DNA of 64,000 nucleotides from an uncultured virus (IMG/VR IMGVR_UViG_3300029258_004075) (IMGVR_UViG_3300029258_004075), one strand, 5' to 3'. Counted from the stretch's first letter, positions 28,753 to 37,638 are shown. Notes: generated by a model not told the origin, from the letters alone. Numbers and translations: made by a program.

Positions 28753-29057
28753 AAATATACTGGCTTATTAAGGGCAATCTGCGCCTGCGCTGTCTTGTCC
28801 TTTCTATTCCTGCGTTCCTTGCTTGGATACTTGCCATTCCTCTTGCTATGACAATGTATCTTCCAATGGTAGTAGCAGCAGGAGCACTTGTTGTCCTCGG
28901 CATCATAACAGAACTCGTTATATTTATCCAATTAGAACAAGACCAAAAATATCTTGTTCTTGCATTTGACGTAGATGATACATTTAGTGACATATTTGAC
29001 ATACAAAAGACAGATACACTTAATATGAAAAAAACTTGGAAAAAGGTGAAAAAATAA
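28707..29057 (+). CDS. 2-TM membrane protein, paralog of 28294
   Basis: Shared N- and C-terminal motifs; GGTGA RBS. Confidence 0.7.
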   Translation: MRKFEDLSKEEQQKLKIYWLIKGNLRLRCLVLSIPAFLAWILAIPLAMTMYLPMVVAAGALVVLGIITELVIFIQLEQDQKYLVLAFDVDDTFSDIFDIQKTDTLNMKKTWKKVKK

Positions 29058-29058
29058 T

Positions 29059-29613
29059 ATGGTAAGACCAATAGAAAGAGAAAAAAATCCGACTCATATG
29101 TTGGAAGACCGTTTAGCACAGAAGTTCGACGACCTTCAAATCGCTCGAGAGGAAGGAGCAGCCGGTCTATTTGACGAGATAGCCAAAAGCATTGAAGTAT
29201 TGCTACGAGCAGTCCCGACAGCATATAACGAACTCCAACAGCAGAAACAGGAACTTGACCAAGAAATAGAACAAGTGTTCTATCAAATACAACTAGACGC
29301 ACGGTCGGCGCAAGACAAAATATATCGTGACGCAATTATCAACAGAAAAACAGACCAAGCAGAATGGGAATACCGAGAAGTATATGAAGAAATCATCATT
29401 GACATCTTGCAAAAACACGGACTCATATCAATTCTTAGAAACAGTCGTTCACAACTATCAAACATGGAAGAGCAACAACATCAACCCAAGATGCAGGCTC
29501 TTCAACAAGAAGAAGAAGAAGAAGAGCCTGAACCCGAACCAGAACAACAAAAGAAACCACATCTTATTAGCAAAAAAGCGAAGAAAGGAAAGATGGGCAA
29601 ATTTAAAGTATAA
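29059..29613 (+). CDS. coiled-coil protein
   Basis: Q/E-rich helical sequence. Confidence 0.7.
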   Translation: MVRPIEREKNPTHMLEDRLAQKFDDLQIAREEGAAGLFDEIAKSIEVLLRAVPTAYNELQQQKQELDQEIEQVFYQIQLDARSAQDKIYRDAIINRKTDQAEWEYREVYEEIIIDILQKHGLISILRNSRSQLSNMEEQQHQPKMQALQQEEEEEEPEPEPEQQKKPHLISKKAKKGKMGKFKV

Positions 29614-29626
29614 ACTGTGATGCACA

Positions 29627-30514
29627 ATGACATCAAGACCACAGATTGAAGCACAAAACATCATACGCAGAATGCACGCTCAGGACATGGATTCTGGAGG
29701 TGTCTTTACTCAGGTGACCGGAGGACAAGGCACTGGTAAAACCAGCATCATGCTATCCTTTGTCAAATTTACAATGCAAAACTATCCTGAACAGAAAATA
29801 TTTTGGTCTGACTGTTACAAAGCGCCACTCCAATCTCTAAAAGCCGGTCTTGAAAACTGTCACTTTATGGTTAAGAAAGGAAGCGGTGTTACCTTCCATG
29901 ACCGAAACAATAAATTAGAAGAAGTGACAGAATACATCAAACCAACGTACTTTACCGTCGGAAAAAATGCAGTAGGAGAACCTGACTACTCGGATGTTTA
30001 CGAAAAAGCAAAAACAGGAAAAATTAATGTTGTATTTTTCGGCAACCGTCATAGATGGATGGACTTCATTGGATGGCTTCGTGATTGTGGTGAATGGGTC
30101 CATGTCTACATCGAAGAGTTTGCAGAGATAGCACCGACTAATCCTGGAGGTGAAATGTATCAAAAAATGCTCCAATTTGCCGATACACTTAAAGATGTGC
30201 GTAAGTGTATGATTAACGTATACACCAACACCCAAACGCCAGCGGAAGTTGATTGGCGTATTAGAAAGAAATACATGATAAGAATCTACTTGCCTGGTTC
30301 AAAGGTAGAAGGGCATGGTTATACTCGCGTCACTCAAAAAGCCGTGGATAATCTGCTCCGTCACCCAGAAGGAAACGAAGCGTATATTGACCATGCTGGA
30401 ACCTTCGGTAAGACACGCTTTACTGATATCTTTAATCCAGACCATAATCTCCATTTAGATGCCCGTATAACCAGTTTGCCGGAAGAGGAAGAAGATGGGA
30501 AGAATAGTTCCTAA
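29627..30514 (+). CDS. P-loop ATPase (Zot/A32/FtsK-like packaging or extrusion type)
   Basis: Walker A GGQGTGKTS; Walker B VYIEE; TQ...VDWRIRK. Confidence 0.6.
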   Translation: MTSRPQIEAQNIIRRMHAQDMDSGGVFTQVTGGQGTGKTSIMLSFVKFTMQNYPEQKIFWSDCYKAPLQSLKAGLENCHFMVKKGSGVTFHDRNNKLEEVTEYIKPTYFTVGKNAVGEPDYSDVYEKAKTGKINVVFFGNRHRWMDFIGWLRDCGEWVHVYIEEFAEIAPTNPGGEMYQKMLQFADTLKDVRKCMINVYTNTQTPAEVDWRIRKKYMIRIYLPGSKVEGHGYTRVTQKAVDNLLRHPEGNEAYIDHAGTFGKTRFTDIFNPDHNLHLDARITSLPEEEEDGKNSS

Positions 30515-30956
30515 GCAAAAACAAACCCGTCTTACATTCCTCGATACTATAGCATCACAGAAGGAATTGCTAAACCTTGTAGTTCGTAAAAAAGAGAGAA
30601 ATCGCGGACTCAACCGCAAAGAAGAAGAAGAGTTCCCTGAACTGGTTGCCCTTGCAACATTATCTCACGCATCAACACCATGCACTTTTGTTAACAATGA
30701 TGGGAGAGCAACAACATGGAACATTTACGAACTTGCTCTTCAAATAAAGAGCCTTCGCGGTCAACAAGTAAACCTTATAGATGGAACCACAAACCAAAAG
30801 TATACAGTATCTATGAGAGACCTTTGGGCATTCCTTGAGAGGGAACTTAAGCACATCTTTCCATATGCATTAGAAGAAGCAATACATATGAGCAAAGAAT
30901 TACCTGCCCGTCAAAAAGCAACAAGTTATACCTTCTCTTCAGACACAAAACTTTAA
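30495..30956 (+). CDS. hypothetical protein
   Basis: ORF with GAGG RBS. Confidence 0.7.
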   Translation: MGRIVPKQKQTRLTFLDTIASQKELLNLVVRKKERNRGLNRKEEEEFPELVALATLSHASTPCTFVNNDGRATTWNIYELALQIKSLRGQQVNLIDGTTNQKYTVSMRDLWAFLERELKHIFPYALEEAIHMSKELPARQKATSYTFSSDTKL

Positions 30957-30974
30957 TTTCTATTAATTTTTTCT

Positions 30975-30987
30975 AAACCTTTAAATA
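30975..30987 (+). promoter_or_regulatory. BRE/TATA-like promoter heading the TAGCATAA array (probably leaderless)
   Basis: AAACCTTTAAATA ~24 nt upstream of ATG 31011. Confidence 0.5.
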
Positions 30988-31010
30988 TTTCCTTTTACAT
31001 AACATAATAC

Positions 31011-31139
31011 ATGGTAAAAGAAAGGTTGAACCTTAATGAAGCGTTCGACGACCCAGAAACAATCAAACGCTCTTTTGACCTTTTCAAAAAAGCGGGAACT
31101 CTAAAACCAGAAGATTACTATCAGAGATTCACAATCTAG
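31011..31139 (+). CDS. small protein, 42 aa
   Basis: Translated by hand; stop is the TAG of TAGCATAA. Confidence 0.55.
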   Translation: MVKERLNLNEAFDDPETIKRSFDLFKKAGTLKPEDYYQRFTI

Positions 31140-31166
31140 CATAATTTGAAAAGGAGATAATTAGAA

Positions 31167-31358
31167 ATGACAAAAACAAAAAAATGGAAATTAGAAGCAA
31201 CTGATGATTGGAATTTTGGAAAACCTATGTATTTTTCAACTTTAAAAGAAGCAAAAAGTAGAGCAAGAGGTATAGATGAAAGGTTGAAACTAAAAAGATA
31301 CAAAGCAGGAGATTATGGAGATGCCAGAATAGGTATATTTATTAAAAGGATAGCATAA
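31167..31358 (+). CDS. cassette protein
   Basis: AGGAG RBS; ends ATA-GCA-TAA. Confidence 0.7.
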   Translation: MTKTKKWKLEATDDWNFGKPMYFSTLKEAKSRARGIDERLKLKRYKAGDYGDARIGIFIKRIA

Positions 31359-31371
31359 AAGAGGTATATAA

Positions 31372-31680
31372 ATGACAGTTACACCTGAAGAAGTAAAATC
31401 AAATTTGCAAAATCTAATTAAAGAGTATGTTAAAGAAATCGATGAAAAACTGAAGAAAAAGAAAACACATGATTATGGTGCTGATGGTTTTTTTATTGAA
31501 TTTAATAACAAAAGTCTTGACAGTCGAGTGGTTGACCTTATAAAAACCGAATATAAAAAAGCAGGTTGGGGTGAAGTTAGATATTCAAAGGGAAATAGAG
31601 GTTGGCCAACTGGATTTGTATTCAGGGAAAAACCATATTCAAAAGAAGTAAAAGAAATGCTCGATAAGAATAAGTTATAG
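31372..31680 (+). CDS. cassette protein
   Basis: GAGGT RBS; ends at the motif TAG. Confidence 0.7.
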   Translation: MTVTPEEVKSNLQNLIKEYVKEIDEKLKKKKTHDYGADGFFIEFNNKSLDSRVVDLIKTEYKKAGWGEVRYSKGNRGWPTGFVFREKPYSKEVKEMLDKNKL

Positions 31681-31707
31681 CATAAAATTGAAATGAGGTA
31701 GATAAAA

Positions 31708-31830
31708 ATGGTAAAACTCAGCAGAAGGGCATATAAAAATTATTGTATGAATTGTAAATACAAGCATACAGCACTTGGTGATGAACCTTGTTTATCTTGT
31801 GTACCTTCCAAATGGAAAAAATTGAAATGA
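31708..31830 (+). CDS. small CxxC/CxxC Zn-binding cassette protein
   Basis: CMNC...CLSC; GAGGT RBS. Confidence 0.6.
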   Translation: MVKLSRRAYKNYCMNCKYKHTALGDEPCLSCVPSKWKKLK

Positions 31831-31841
31831 TAGCATAAGAT

Positions 31842-31954
31842 ATCAATCGGGATAGAGGTATCTCTTCCTGCCACTCAAAAGGTTACTACTGTCGGAGTGG
31901 ATATATGATTAGGAAGGATAATCAGGTAGCTCCTGAACCTCCCCGACAATTGAT
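31842..31954. ncRNA. candidate multi-stem structured RNA
   Basis: Nested complementary arms (see findings). Confidence 0.4.
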
Positions 31955-32064
31955 TAAGTAGGTAGAATTGAAAGATGAATCTAGTTAAACTACATAACGT
32001 GTGGTTTCCACCAAAAAAGGAAGTTCGTTTTGAATGGAAATCACATCCTAAGGAGAAGTAGAGT

Positions 32065-32271
32065 ATGAGATTTTATGAAACAGTTGAGATTGATAAGGAT
32101 GCTGAGGATTTGATGGATTTAATCTTTAAAGAGAACCCTGGAATTGTCATTCATTGGATTCGTGAGAATACAGATAAAATTATTGAATGGAAGCAATGGA
32201 ATGAAAACCATATGAATGATTTTTTAAAGGAGATTCATAAAATTCGTGTTGGTATTGAAGAGGAGAAATGA
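32065..32271 (+). CDS. cassette protein
   Basis: ORF track. Confidence 0.65.
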   Translation: MRFYETVEIDKDAEDLMDLIFKENPGIVIHWIRENTDKIIEWKQWNENHMNDFLKEIHKIRVGIEEEK

Positions 32272-32272
32272 A

Positions 32273-32425
32273 ATGAATGTAAAGACAGTTTATGTATTTA
32301 AAAATGGTAATGTTGCTGTATTTAATGAAAAAGGTGAACAGATACCAGAACTACAAATTAATTTATTCTCTTGGATGAAAAAGAAGGGTTTTAATGTTAT
32401 TTGTAAAGAACTAAATCAAGAATAG
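32273..32425 (+). CDS. cassette protein, 50 aa
   Basis: AGGAG RBS; ends at the motif TAG. Confidence 0.6.
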   Translation: MNVKTVYVFKNGNVAVFNEKGEQIPELQINLFSWMKKKGFNVICKELNQE

Positions 32426-32525
32426 CATAAAGGAGAAATGAAAGCATGAATGAAAAAACAAAGTTAAATTTTCTGTTAGGCAGTTTATTGCTTTTAGGTA
32501 TAGGAATTGGTTTTATTCTTGGTGT

Positions 32526-32711
32526 GTGTTATTAATGGGTGGTATTGAGTATATGGCATCTTCAGCGATGCCTAAAAGAAAATGTGTGTTGTGCCATAAG
32601 AAGAAATATGCTGATAATTTTGTTTCTATTGGTGTTGAGATTCAAGGGATACAGAATTTTGATATTTGTAAGTCTTGTTTGAAACAGTTGAAGATAATGT
32701 TAGATAAATAG
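32526..32711 (+). CDS. small Zn-finger cassette protein
   Basis: CVLC...CKSC; ends at TAGCATAG; start uncertain. Confidence 0.6.
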   Translation: MLLMGGIEYMASSAMPKRKCVLCHKKKYADNFVSIGVEIQGIQNFDICKSCLKQLKIMLDK

Positions 32712-32725
32712 CATAGTGATGAAAG

Positions 32726-32875
32726 ATGATAATTAGGAAACATGCAGATATAGTAATTGATTTGGAAAACATTCCGGATTATGTATTGAGGCAACTTGAA
32801 AGAAAATTGAATGCTGTGATTAAATTGGATGACCATTTTAATAAATATTTGGTCCAGATAGAAACACACTATTAG
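32726..32875 (+). CDS. cassette protein, 49 aa
   Basis: Translated by hand; ends at the motif TAG. Confidence 0.55.
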   Translation: MIIRKHADIVIDLENIPDYVLRQLERKLNAVIKLDDHFNKYLVQIETHY

Positions 32876-32894
32876 CATAAAGGAAAATAAGAGT

Positions 32895-33383
32895 ATGATA
32901 GAAAATAAAAAATCAATGTATGGTTTGAGTCTTGTTGTTTTAATTGTTGCTGCTGTTTCTTATTCAATGGAAAGTGTTCAAGAAAAAAATGTTATTTTTC
33001 CTCAGCATTGGGTTGGAGTAGACGATTTAAATGAATTTAGTAATTTGACTTATTCAAAATACATATTAAGAAATCTGAAAGAGCCTTATAAAAACGAAGA
33101 ATATATTTTATTGCAGTCTGCAGGGAGTACTTCAATGGCTCCTGCATATGGTGGAAATTGTTCATATATTATTAAACAAGATGTAACAATCAAAGATATT
33201 AAAGTTGGTGATGTTGTCGCATATCACTCAAACGAAGGAAGTATTTTACATCGTGTTATTAAAAAATATGACACGCATTTGATTACTAAAGGGGATAACA
33301 ATGATTCTGATGATTTAAGCCTTTTTGGTTTTTCTGTGACTAATGAAAATATTATTGGTGTACTTGTGGGAGTGATATATTGA
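32895..33383 (+). CDS. signal peptidase I-like (S26, Sec11/SipW type)
   Basis: N-terminal TM; STSMAP; GDVV; ILHRV; TKGDNN..DD. Confidence 0.8.
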   Translation: MIENKKSMYGLSLVVLIVAAVSYSMESVQEKNVIFPQHWVGVDDLNEFSNLTYSKYILRNLKEPYKNEEYILLQSAGSTSMAPAYGGNCSYIIKQDVTIKDIKVGDVVAYHSNEGSILHRVIKKYDTHLITKGDNNDSDDLSLFGFSVTNENIIGVLVGVIY

Positions 33384-33479
33384 AAAAAACCACGTTGTTT
33401 CTGGTGTTCCGACTATTTGTGTTGGTGAGGGACGATTATATTCATAATGTTTATGTTTTAGCATAAAACATAAGGAGAA

Positions 33480-33656
33480 ATGAAAATGAATGATAAAGAG
33501 AAAGTTTATGAGTTTAGTATTCGTAAAACAAATATTTTGGTGACTTGCCCACATTGTAAAAAACAGCATCGTCTTGGTATTGCATTGTATGAAAAGGAGA
33601 AGGGTATTCATCGTGGTGGTAACCAAAAACCTTATGAGAAATTAGTTGAAAAATAG
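33480..33656 (+). CDS. cassette protein with CPHC
   Basis: AGGAG RBS; ends at the motif TAG. Confidence 0.6.
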   Translation: MKMNDKEKVYEFSIRKTNILVTCPHCKKQHRLGIALYEKEKGIHRGGNQKPYEKLVEK

Positions 33657-33673
33657 CATAAGAGGTAAGGTTT

Positions 33674-33838
33674 ATGTGTAAACATGATTTGAAATTATTA
33701 TATTCTGGTTTGATGGATTCAAATTCAAAAAATGGAGTATCATATAATTTTCCACCATTGTTCAAATGTGTGAAATGTCATAAAGTATTTAAATATAATT
33801 GTAAAAAGGAAAAATTAACAGAGGTAGTTATAGCATAA
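33674..33838 (+). CDS. small Cys-rich cassette protein
   Basis: MCKH...CVKC; ends ATA-GCA-TAA. Confidence 0.6.
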   Translation: MCKHDLKLLYSGLMDSNSKNGVSYNFPPLFKCVKCHKVFKYNCKKEKLTEVVIA

Positions 33839-33931
33839 AACATATGGAGCATAAAAGTTGTAAACATATATAAATAAATAAAAAATCAATATTAAATCTT
33901 TACCTTTTATTATAACTTAAACCAACTAAAC

Positions 33932-33956
33932 TATTAAAAATACCAAAAATTTAATA
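33932..33956 (+). promoter_or_regulatory. TATTAAA-N11-TTTAATA promoter/operator
   Basis: Second copy, upstream of the DUF932-like gene. Confidence 0.55.
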
Positions 33957-33992
33957 TACCACCTTTAATATATTGAATATTAGAGGCATATC

Positions 33993-35066
33993 ATGACAGG
34001 AAATGGTAGCGAGTTAGTAGAACTCGCAGAAAAACTCAAAAATCAGAGGCAGAATCGCTACGATGTAGTAGTACCAGGAAAGGACCTTCACGTTACATAC
34101 GACGTAGGAACCAAACAAATTTTTATGGAAGTCCCACAACCAGGAGACAAACCACCAAAGCAACACAATATAACTGATTGGGCACATCATCAAATAGCAG
34201 AGAAGACCGACATACCAATGCGTTACTATCGGAAAATGCAAGAAAAAGGCAAACTTGACCTTCTTGCAACCAACATCAATGAGTGGCTTCCTTCTAAGGA
34301 GAAGCGGTTAGTACGTGTCCTTAACGACAGCGTAAGAGCACTTCTATCCGACCGGTACAGATGCATTGACAATTATGATATTTTTTATGCGACCTTAGAC
34401 CAATTCAATAAAATACAAGAGCAAAAGGAATTCACCATAGACGTACAATCAGCCCGACTAACCGACACCAACATGTACATCAAGGCAACATCACCGCAAC
34501 TTGACGCAGAAATCAAGCATTACAAAGGACATGGCGAACCAGTACACGGTGGAGTTATTATCACTAACAGCGAAGTGGGCAACGGAGCATTCACCGTAAA
34601 ACCTTTTATCAATGTTCTCGTATGCTCTAATGGTCTTGTTTCAGACCAAATATTCAAGCGAGTACACATGGGACGTTCACATGACATTGGATATATTGAA
34701 TGGTCAGACAAAACTAAAGAACTCGAGGATACAGCACTCTGGTCAAAAATCAATGATATGATTTGGAACACATTCGACCTTAACATTTTCGCGAAGTGGA
34801 TAGACGAACTTAATGAAACAGCATCTACTGAAATCGAGAAACCAGAAGAGGCAATCGACAACGTGATTAAGAAATACGAAATTCCAAAATCACGTAAAGA
34901 ATCACTACTTAACCAATTCACCCGAGAAGGTAGTCCAACCCAATGGGGTTTATCAATGGCTATCACTCGGTGCGCTCAAGACGAAGAGAACTACAACGAA
35001 CAAGTAAAAATGGAAGAAATCGGAGCCAAACTACTCAAACCGGAAGCAACAATTCAGGAGGCCTAA
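33993..35066 (+). CDS. DUF932-like protein
   Basis: RALLSDRY; NSEVG...VCSNGL. Confidence 0.65.
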   Translation: MTGNGSELVELAEKLKNQRQNRYDVVVPGKDLHVTYDVGTKQIFMEVPQPGDKPPKQHNITDWAHHQIAEKTDIPMRYYRKMQEKGKLDLLATNINEWLPSKEKRLVRVLNDSVRALLSDRYRCIDNYDIFYATLDQFNKIQEQKEFTIDVQSARLTDTNMYIKATSPQLDAEIKHYKGHGEPVHGGVIITNSEVGNGAFTVKPFINVLVCSNGLVSDQIFKRVHMGRSHDIGYIEWSDKTKELEDTALWSKINDMIWNTFDLNIFAKWIDELNETASTEIEKPEEAIDNVIKKYEIPKSRKESLLNQFTREGSPTQWGLSMAITRCAQDEENYNEQVKMEEIGAKLLKPEATIQEA

Positions 35067-35168
35067 ATCAGAGTAGATTGTGGGTTGAAGGAGCGTTTTC
35101 AAAAAGGCTCACCACCTCACACCTCCTTTACCCACCTTCTACACCTTTTTACCTTTGAGGTGAATATA

Positions 35169-35324
35169 TTGAAAAATAAAAGCAACTATTATAAGAGACA
35201 TACAATGATTAGCGTTTCTCTCAAGAATCGAGACAGGCTTAGAAAACTTGGTACTTTCGGTGAATCTTATGATGATGTTCTAACAAGGATTATTGATTTA
35301 GTAGAAGAGAATCTTAAAGAATAG
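35169..35324 (+). CDS. small RHH/antitoxin-like DNA-binding protein
   Basis: ISVS...RLRKLG..GESYDDVLTRII; GAGGTGA RBS with TTG start. Confidence 0.6.
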   Translation: MKNKSNYYKRHTMISVSLKNRDRLRKLGTFGESYDDVLTRIIDLVEENLKE

Positions 35325-35336
35325 GAGAGATAAGAA

Positions 35337-36755
35337 ATGGCAAAAACATGGTTTAACGTAGACAAAGAAGGGCTACGAGCATTACAGGCAGGTAAATCAA
35401 AGACATTCATTATCAACGAGCTCACGCAAAATGCGTGGGATGAAGACATCACTGTATGCGACGTAAAAATAAAAATCAATAAAAATAAAAACGAGATTTG
35501 CGTACAAGTAACGGACGACAATCCAATCGGATTTCGTGATATAGGACACGCCTATACATTGTTCGCTGACACATATAAGCGAGAGGACCCGACGAAAAGA
35601 GGCAGATTTAATCTGGGCGAGAAACAAGTTCTTTCCGTCTGTAACCGAGCAGAAGTATCAACGACTAAAGGAACAGTCATTTTTAACGATGAGGGGAGAA
35701 AGCAATACAAACGCAAAAGAGAAAAGGGCAGTTGTATTGCCGTTTGGTTCAATGGAACACAAAAGGAAATGGAAGAACTAATCGACCATGCAAAGAAACT
35801 ATTAGTTCCTCCTCACATCCAGTACATCGTAAACGAAGAACACATCCCTTCACACCCAATACTTAAGTCCTTTAAAGTATCACTTGATACCCAGATACTA
35901 CGAGACGAGGCGATGGTGACAACATCCCGAATTACCCGTGTTGACTTGATAGAGACAGAAGGTAAATCATATATTTACGAGATGGGTATACCTATCGTTG
36001 AAACCGACTGTCAATGGTCGATTGATGTTCAGCAGAAAGTACCATTAGCCGTTGACCGAGAAACTATACAACCATATTACCTTAAGGACCTTTTCGCAGA
36101 AATCATTAATCACGCACATGAATTAATCACAGAAGAACATAGTTCCGACTTGTGGGTTAGAACTGGAATGAAAGATGAACGATGCAAAAAGGCAGCAATC
36201 AAACAAGTAATTGAGAAGCGATTCGGCGATAAATTTGTCAGTGCGAATCCATTTGACCCAAACGCAAACGATGATGCTCTCTCAAATGGATACAACGTTA
36301 TCCACGGAAGTGAAATGTCAAAGGAAGAATGGAAGAGAATTAAGGAACTTGGGCTTATTTCTTCTTCAACAGAAAAGTTTGGCTCTAAAGGAATACAAGG
36401 TGCAAAACCCATCACTCCAACTGAGGCGCAAGAGAACTACGCATACCTAGCGAGAAGGGTTGCAAAGGAGATGCTTGGGCTTGACATCATAGTTATGTTT
36501 GTAAACGAGAGAAGTCCTGTACGTGCCTGTTACAACGACACAATCAACCGACTTACCTTCAATATAGGACATCCAACAGTAGGACCAAACTTCTTTGATG
36601 AAATCACATGGGAGAACCTGCGTCTACTTATACATGAGTTAGGACACAGTAAAGGAAACCACACAGAAAAAGGATATCATTATTGCCTAACCGAACTCGG
36701 TGGAAAAATGATAATGAAAGCACTTAAAGACCCATCATTCTTTGAGGTGAACTAA
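35337..36755 (+). CDS. GHKL (HATPase_c) ATPase with C-terminal HExxH
   Basis: ELTQNAWD; DDNPIG; GRFNLGEK; LIHELGH. Confidence 0.7.
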   Translation: MAKTWFNVDKEGLRALQAGKSKTFIINELTQNAWDEDITVCDVKIKINKNKNEICVQVTDDNPIGFRDIGHAYTLFADTYKREDPTKRGRFNLGEKQVLSVCNRAEVSTTKGTVIFNDEGRKQYKRKREKGSCIAVWFNGTQKEMEELIDHAKKLLVPPHIQYIVNEEHIPSHPILKSFKVSLDTQILRDEAMVTTSRITRVDLIETEGKSYIYEMGIPIVETDCQWSIDVQQKVPLAVDRETIQPYYLKDLFAEIINHAHELITEEHSSDLWVRTGMKDERCKKAAIKQVIEKRFGDKFVSANPFDPNANDDALSNGYNVIHGSEMSKEEWKRIKELGLISSSTEKFGSKGIQGAKPITPTEAQENYAYLARRVAKEMLGLDIIVMFVNERSPVRACYNDTINRLTFNIGHPTVGPNFFDEITWENLRLLIHELGHSKGNHTEKGYHYCLTELGGKMIMKALKDPSFFEVN

Positions 36756-37099
36756 TGAGAAAAGAATACGACCACAATAAAAGATATGTACCAGAAGCAG
36801 TTGGTTTTTCTAAAAAAGAACACGAAGAACTCACAGACCAAGTACAAGAAATACTAAAGGCATTAGCAAATTCAGACGGAAAAAAGTCTAAGGCAGTTGA
36901 AGGTGTTGAAAAAGTCGTCAAAGACAACACTTCAAGAGAAAATGCCTACATTATAACACTAGCAATAGAATTCTTTGACCATCAGTTAAAAGAAGCAGTG
37001 ACAAAATCAATCATCGGCTCTTCCTTCTTATCGGAAGACGAGCAACAGAAAACCAAAAAGCAAGACCTTCCTGATGATGTGAAGAAGGGATATATATGA
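36755..37099 (+). CDS. hypothetical protein
   Basis: GAGGTGA RBS; TAATG coupling. Confidence 0.7.
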   Translation: MRKEYDHNKRYVPEAVGFSKKEHEELTDQVQEILKALANSDGKKSKAVEGVEKVVKDNTSRENAYIITLAIEFFDHQLKEAVTKSIIGSSFLSEDEQQKTKKQDLPDDVKKGYI

Positions 37100-37509
37100 A
37101 AATAGCAGACCCAGAACGAGGTTTTAGGAAGTTTAGAGAAGACATCAAACGCCAGAGAGAAGAAAGAGAACAAAGAAGAACACAACCCCAACAACAACCT
37201 ACCCAACAACCTGTCCAACAACAGCAACCATCAACTCCTCCTTCTCCTCCTTCTTATCAACCTATGCCAATGTATACACCTGTTCAACCACAACAACAAT
37301 CAGCACCACCAAACGTAACCTATAATGTTCAACCACCACAACAAGTGACAACCAAGCAAAAATCACTCGCCGGAAAAGTGATACTCATCATTACGGCAAC
37401 GGTGTGTTTAGTTTCAGCATATTACCTCATCACTAACCCAACTGGTTTTATGCATGCACTCGAGACTGGTTTTCAATCTTTCAAGAGCGTACTACAAACA
37501 GTTTTTTAA
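37096..37509 (+). CDS. P/Q-rich protein with C-terminal TM
   Basis: Low-complexity region plus hydrophobic helix. Confidence 0.7.
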   Translation: MKIADPERGFRKFREDIKRQREEREQRRTQPQQQPTQQPVQQQQPSTPPSPPSYQPMPMYTPVQPQQQSAPPNVTYNVQPPQQVTTKQKSLAGKVILIITATVCLVSAYYLITNPTGFMHALETGFQSFKSVLQTVF

Positions 37510-37613
37510 TATGCGGATAGGATATTAGATTCATTTCCTGTCCATGATATTAATACACCGTGACCATTTCCGGTCTCTCCTATATCCTGGTCTTGTCTAA
37601 TATCTCCGTATAA

Positions 37614-37638
37614 TATTAAAAAACCAAAAGATTTAATA
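37614..37638 (+). promoter_or_regulatory. TATTAAA-N11-TTTAATA promoter/operator
   Basis: Third copy. Confidence 0.55.

Larger units (their letters stand above)
31137..33854 (+). repeat. dispersed direct repeat TAGCATAA at ORF ends
   Basis: Exact copies at 31137, 31351, 31678, 31831, 32423, 32873, 33459, 33654, 33831; variants at 32709 and 33847. Confidence 0.85.

Noticed and set aside
1..33900. Diversity-generating retroelement or classical integron as the source of the arrays
   Set aside because: No reverse transcriptase, TR/VR pair, IntI or canonical attC structure recognised in the window.
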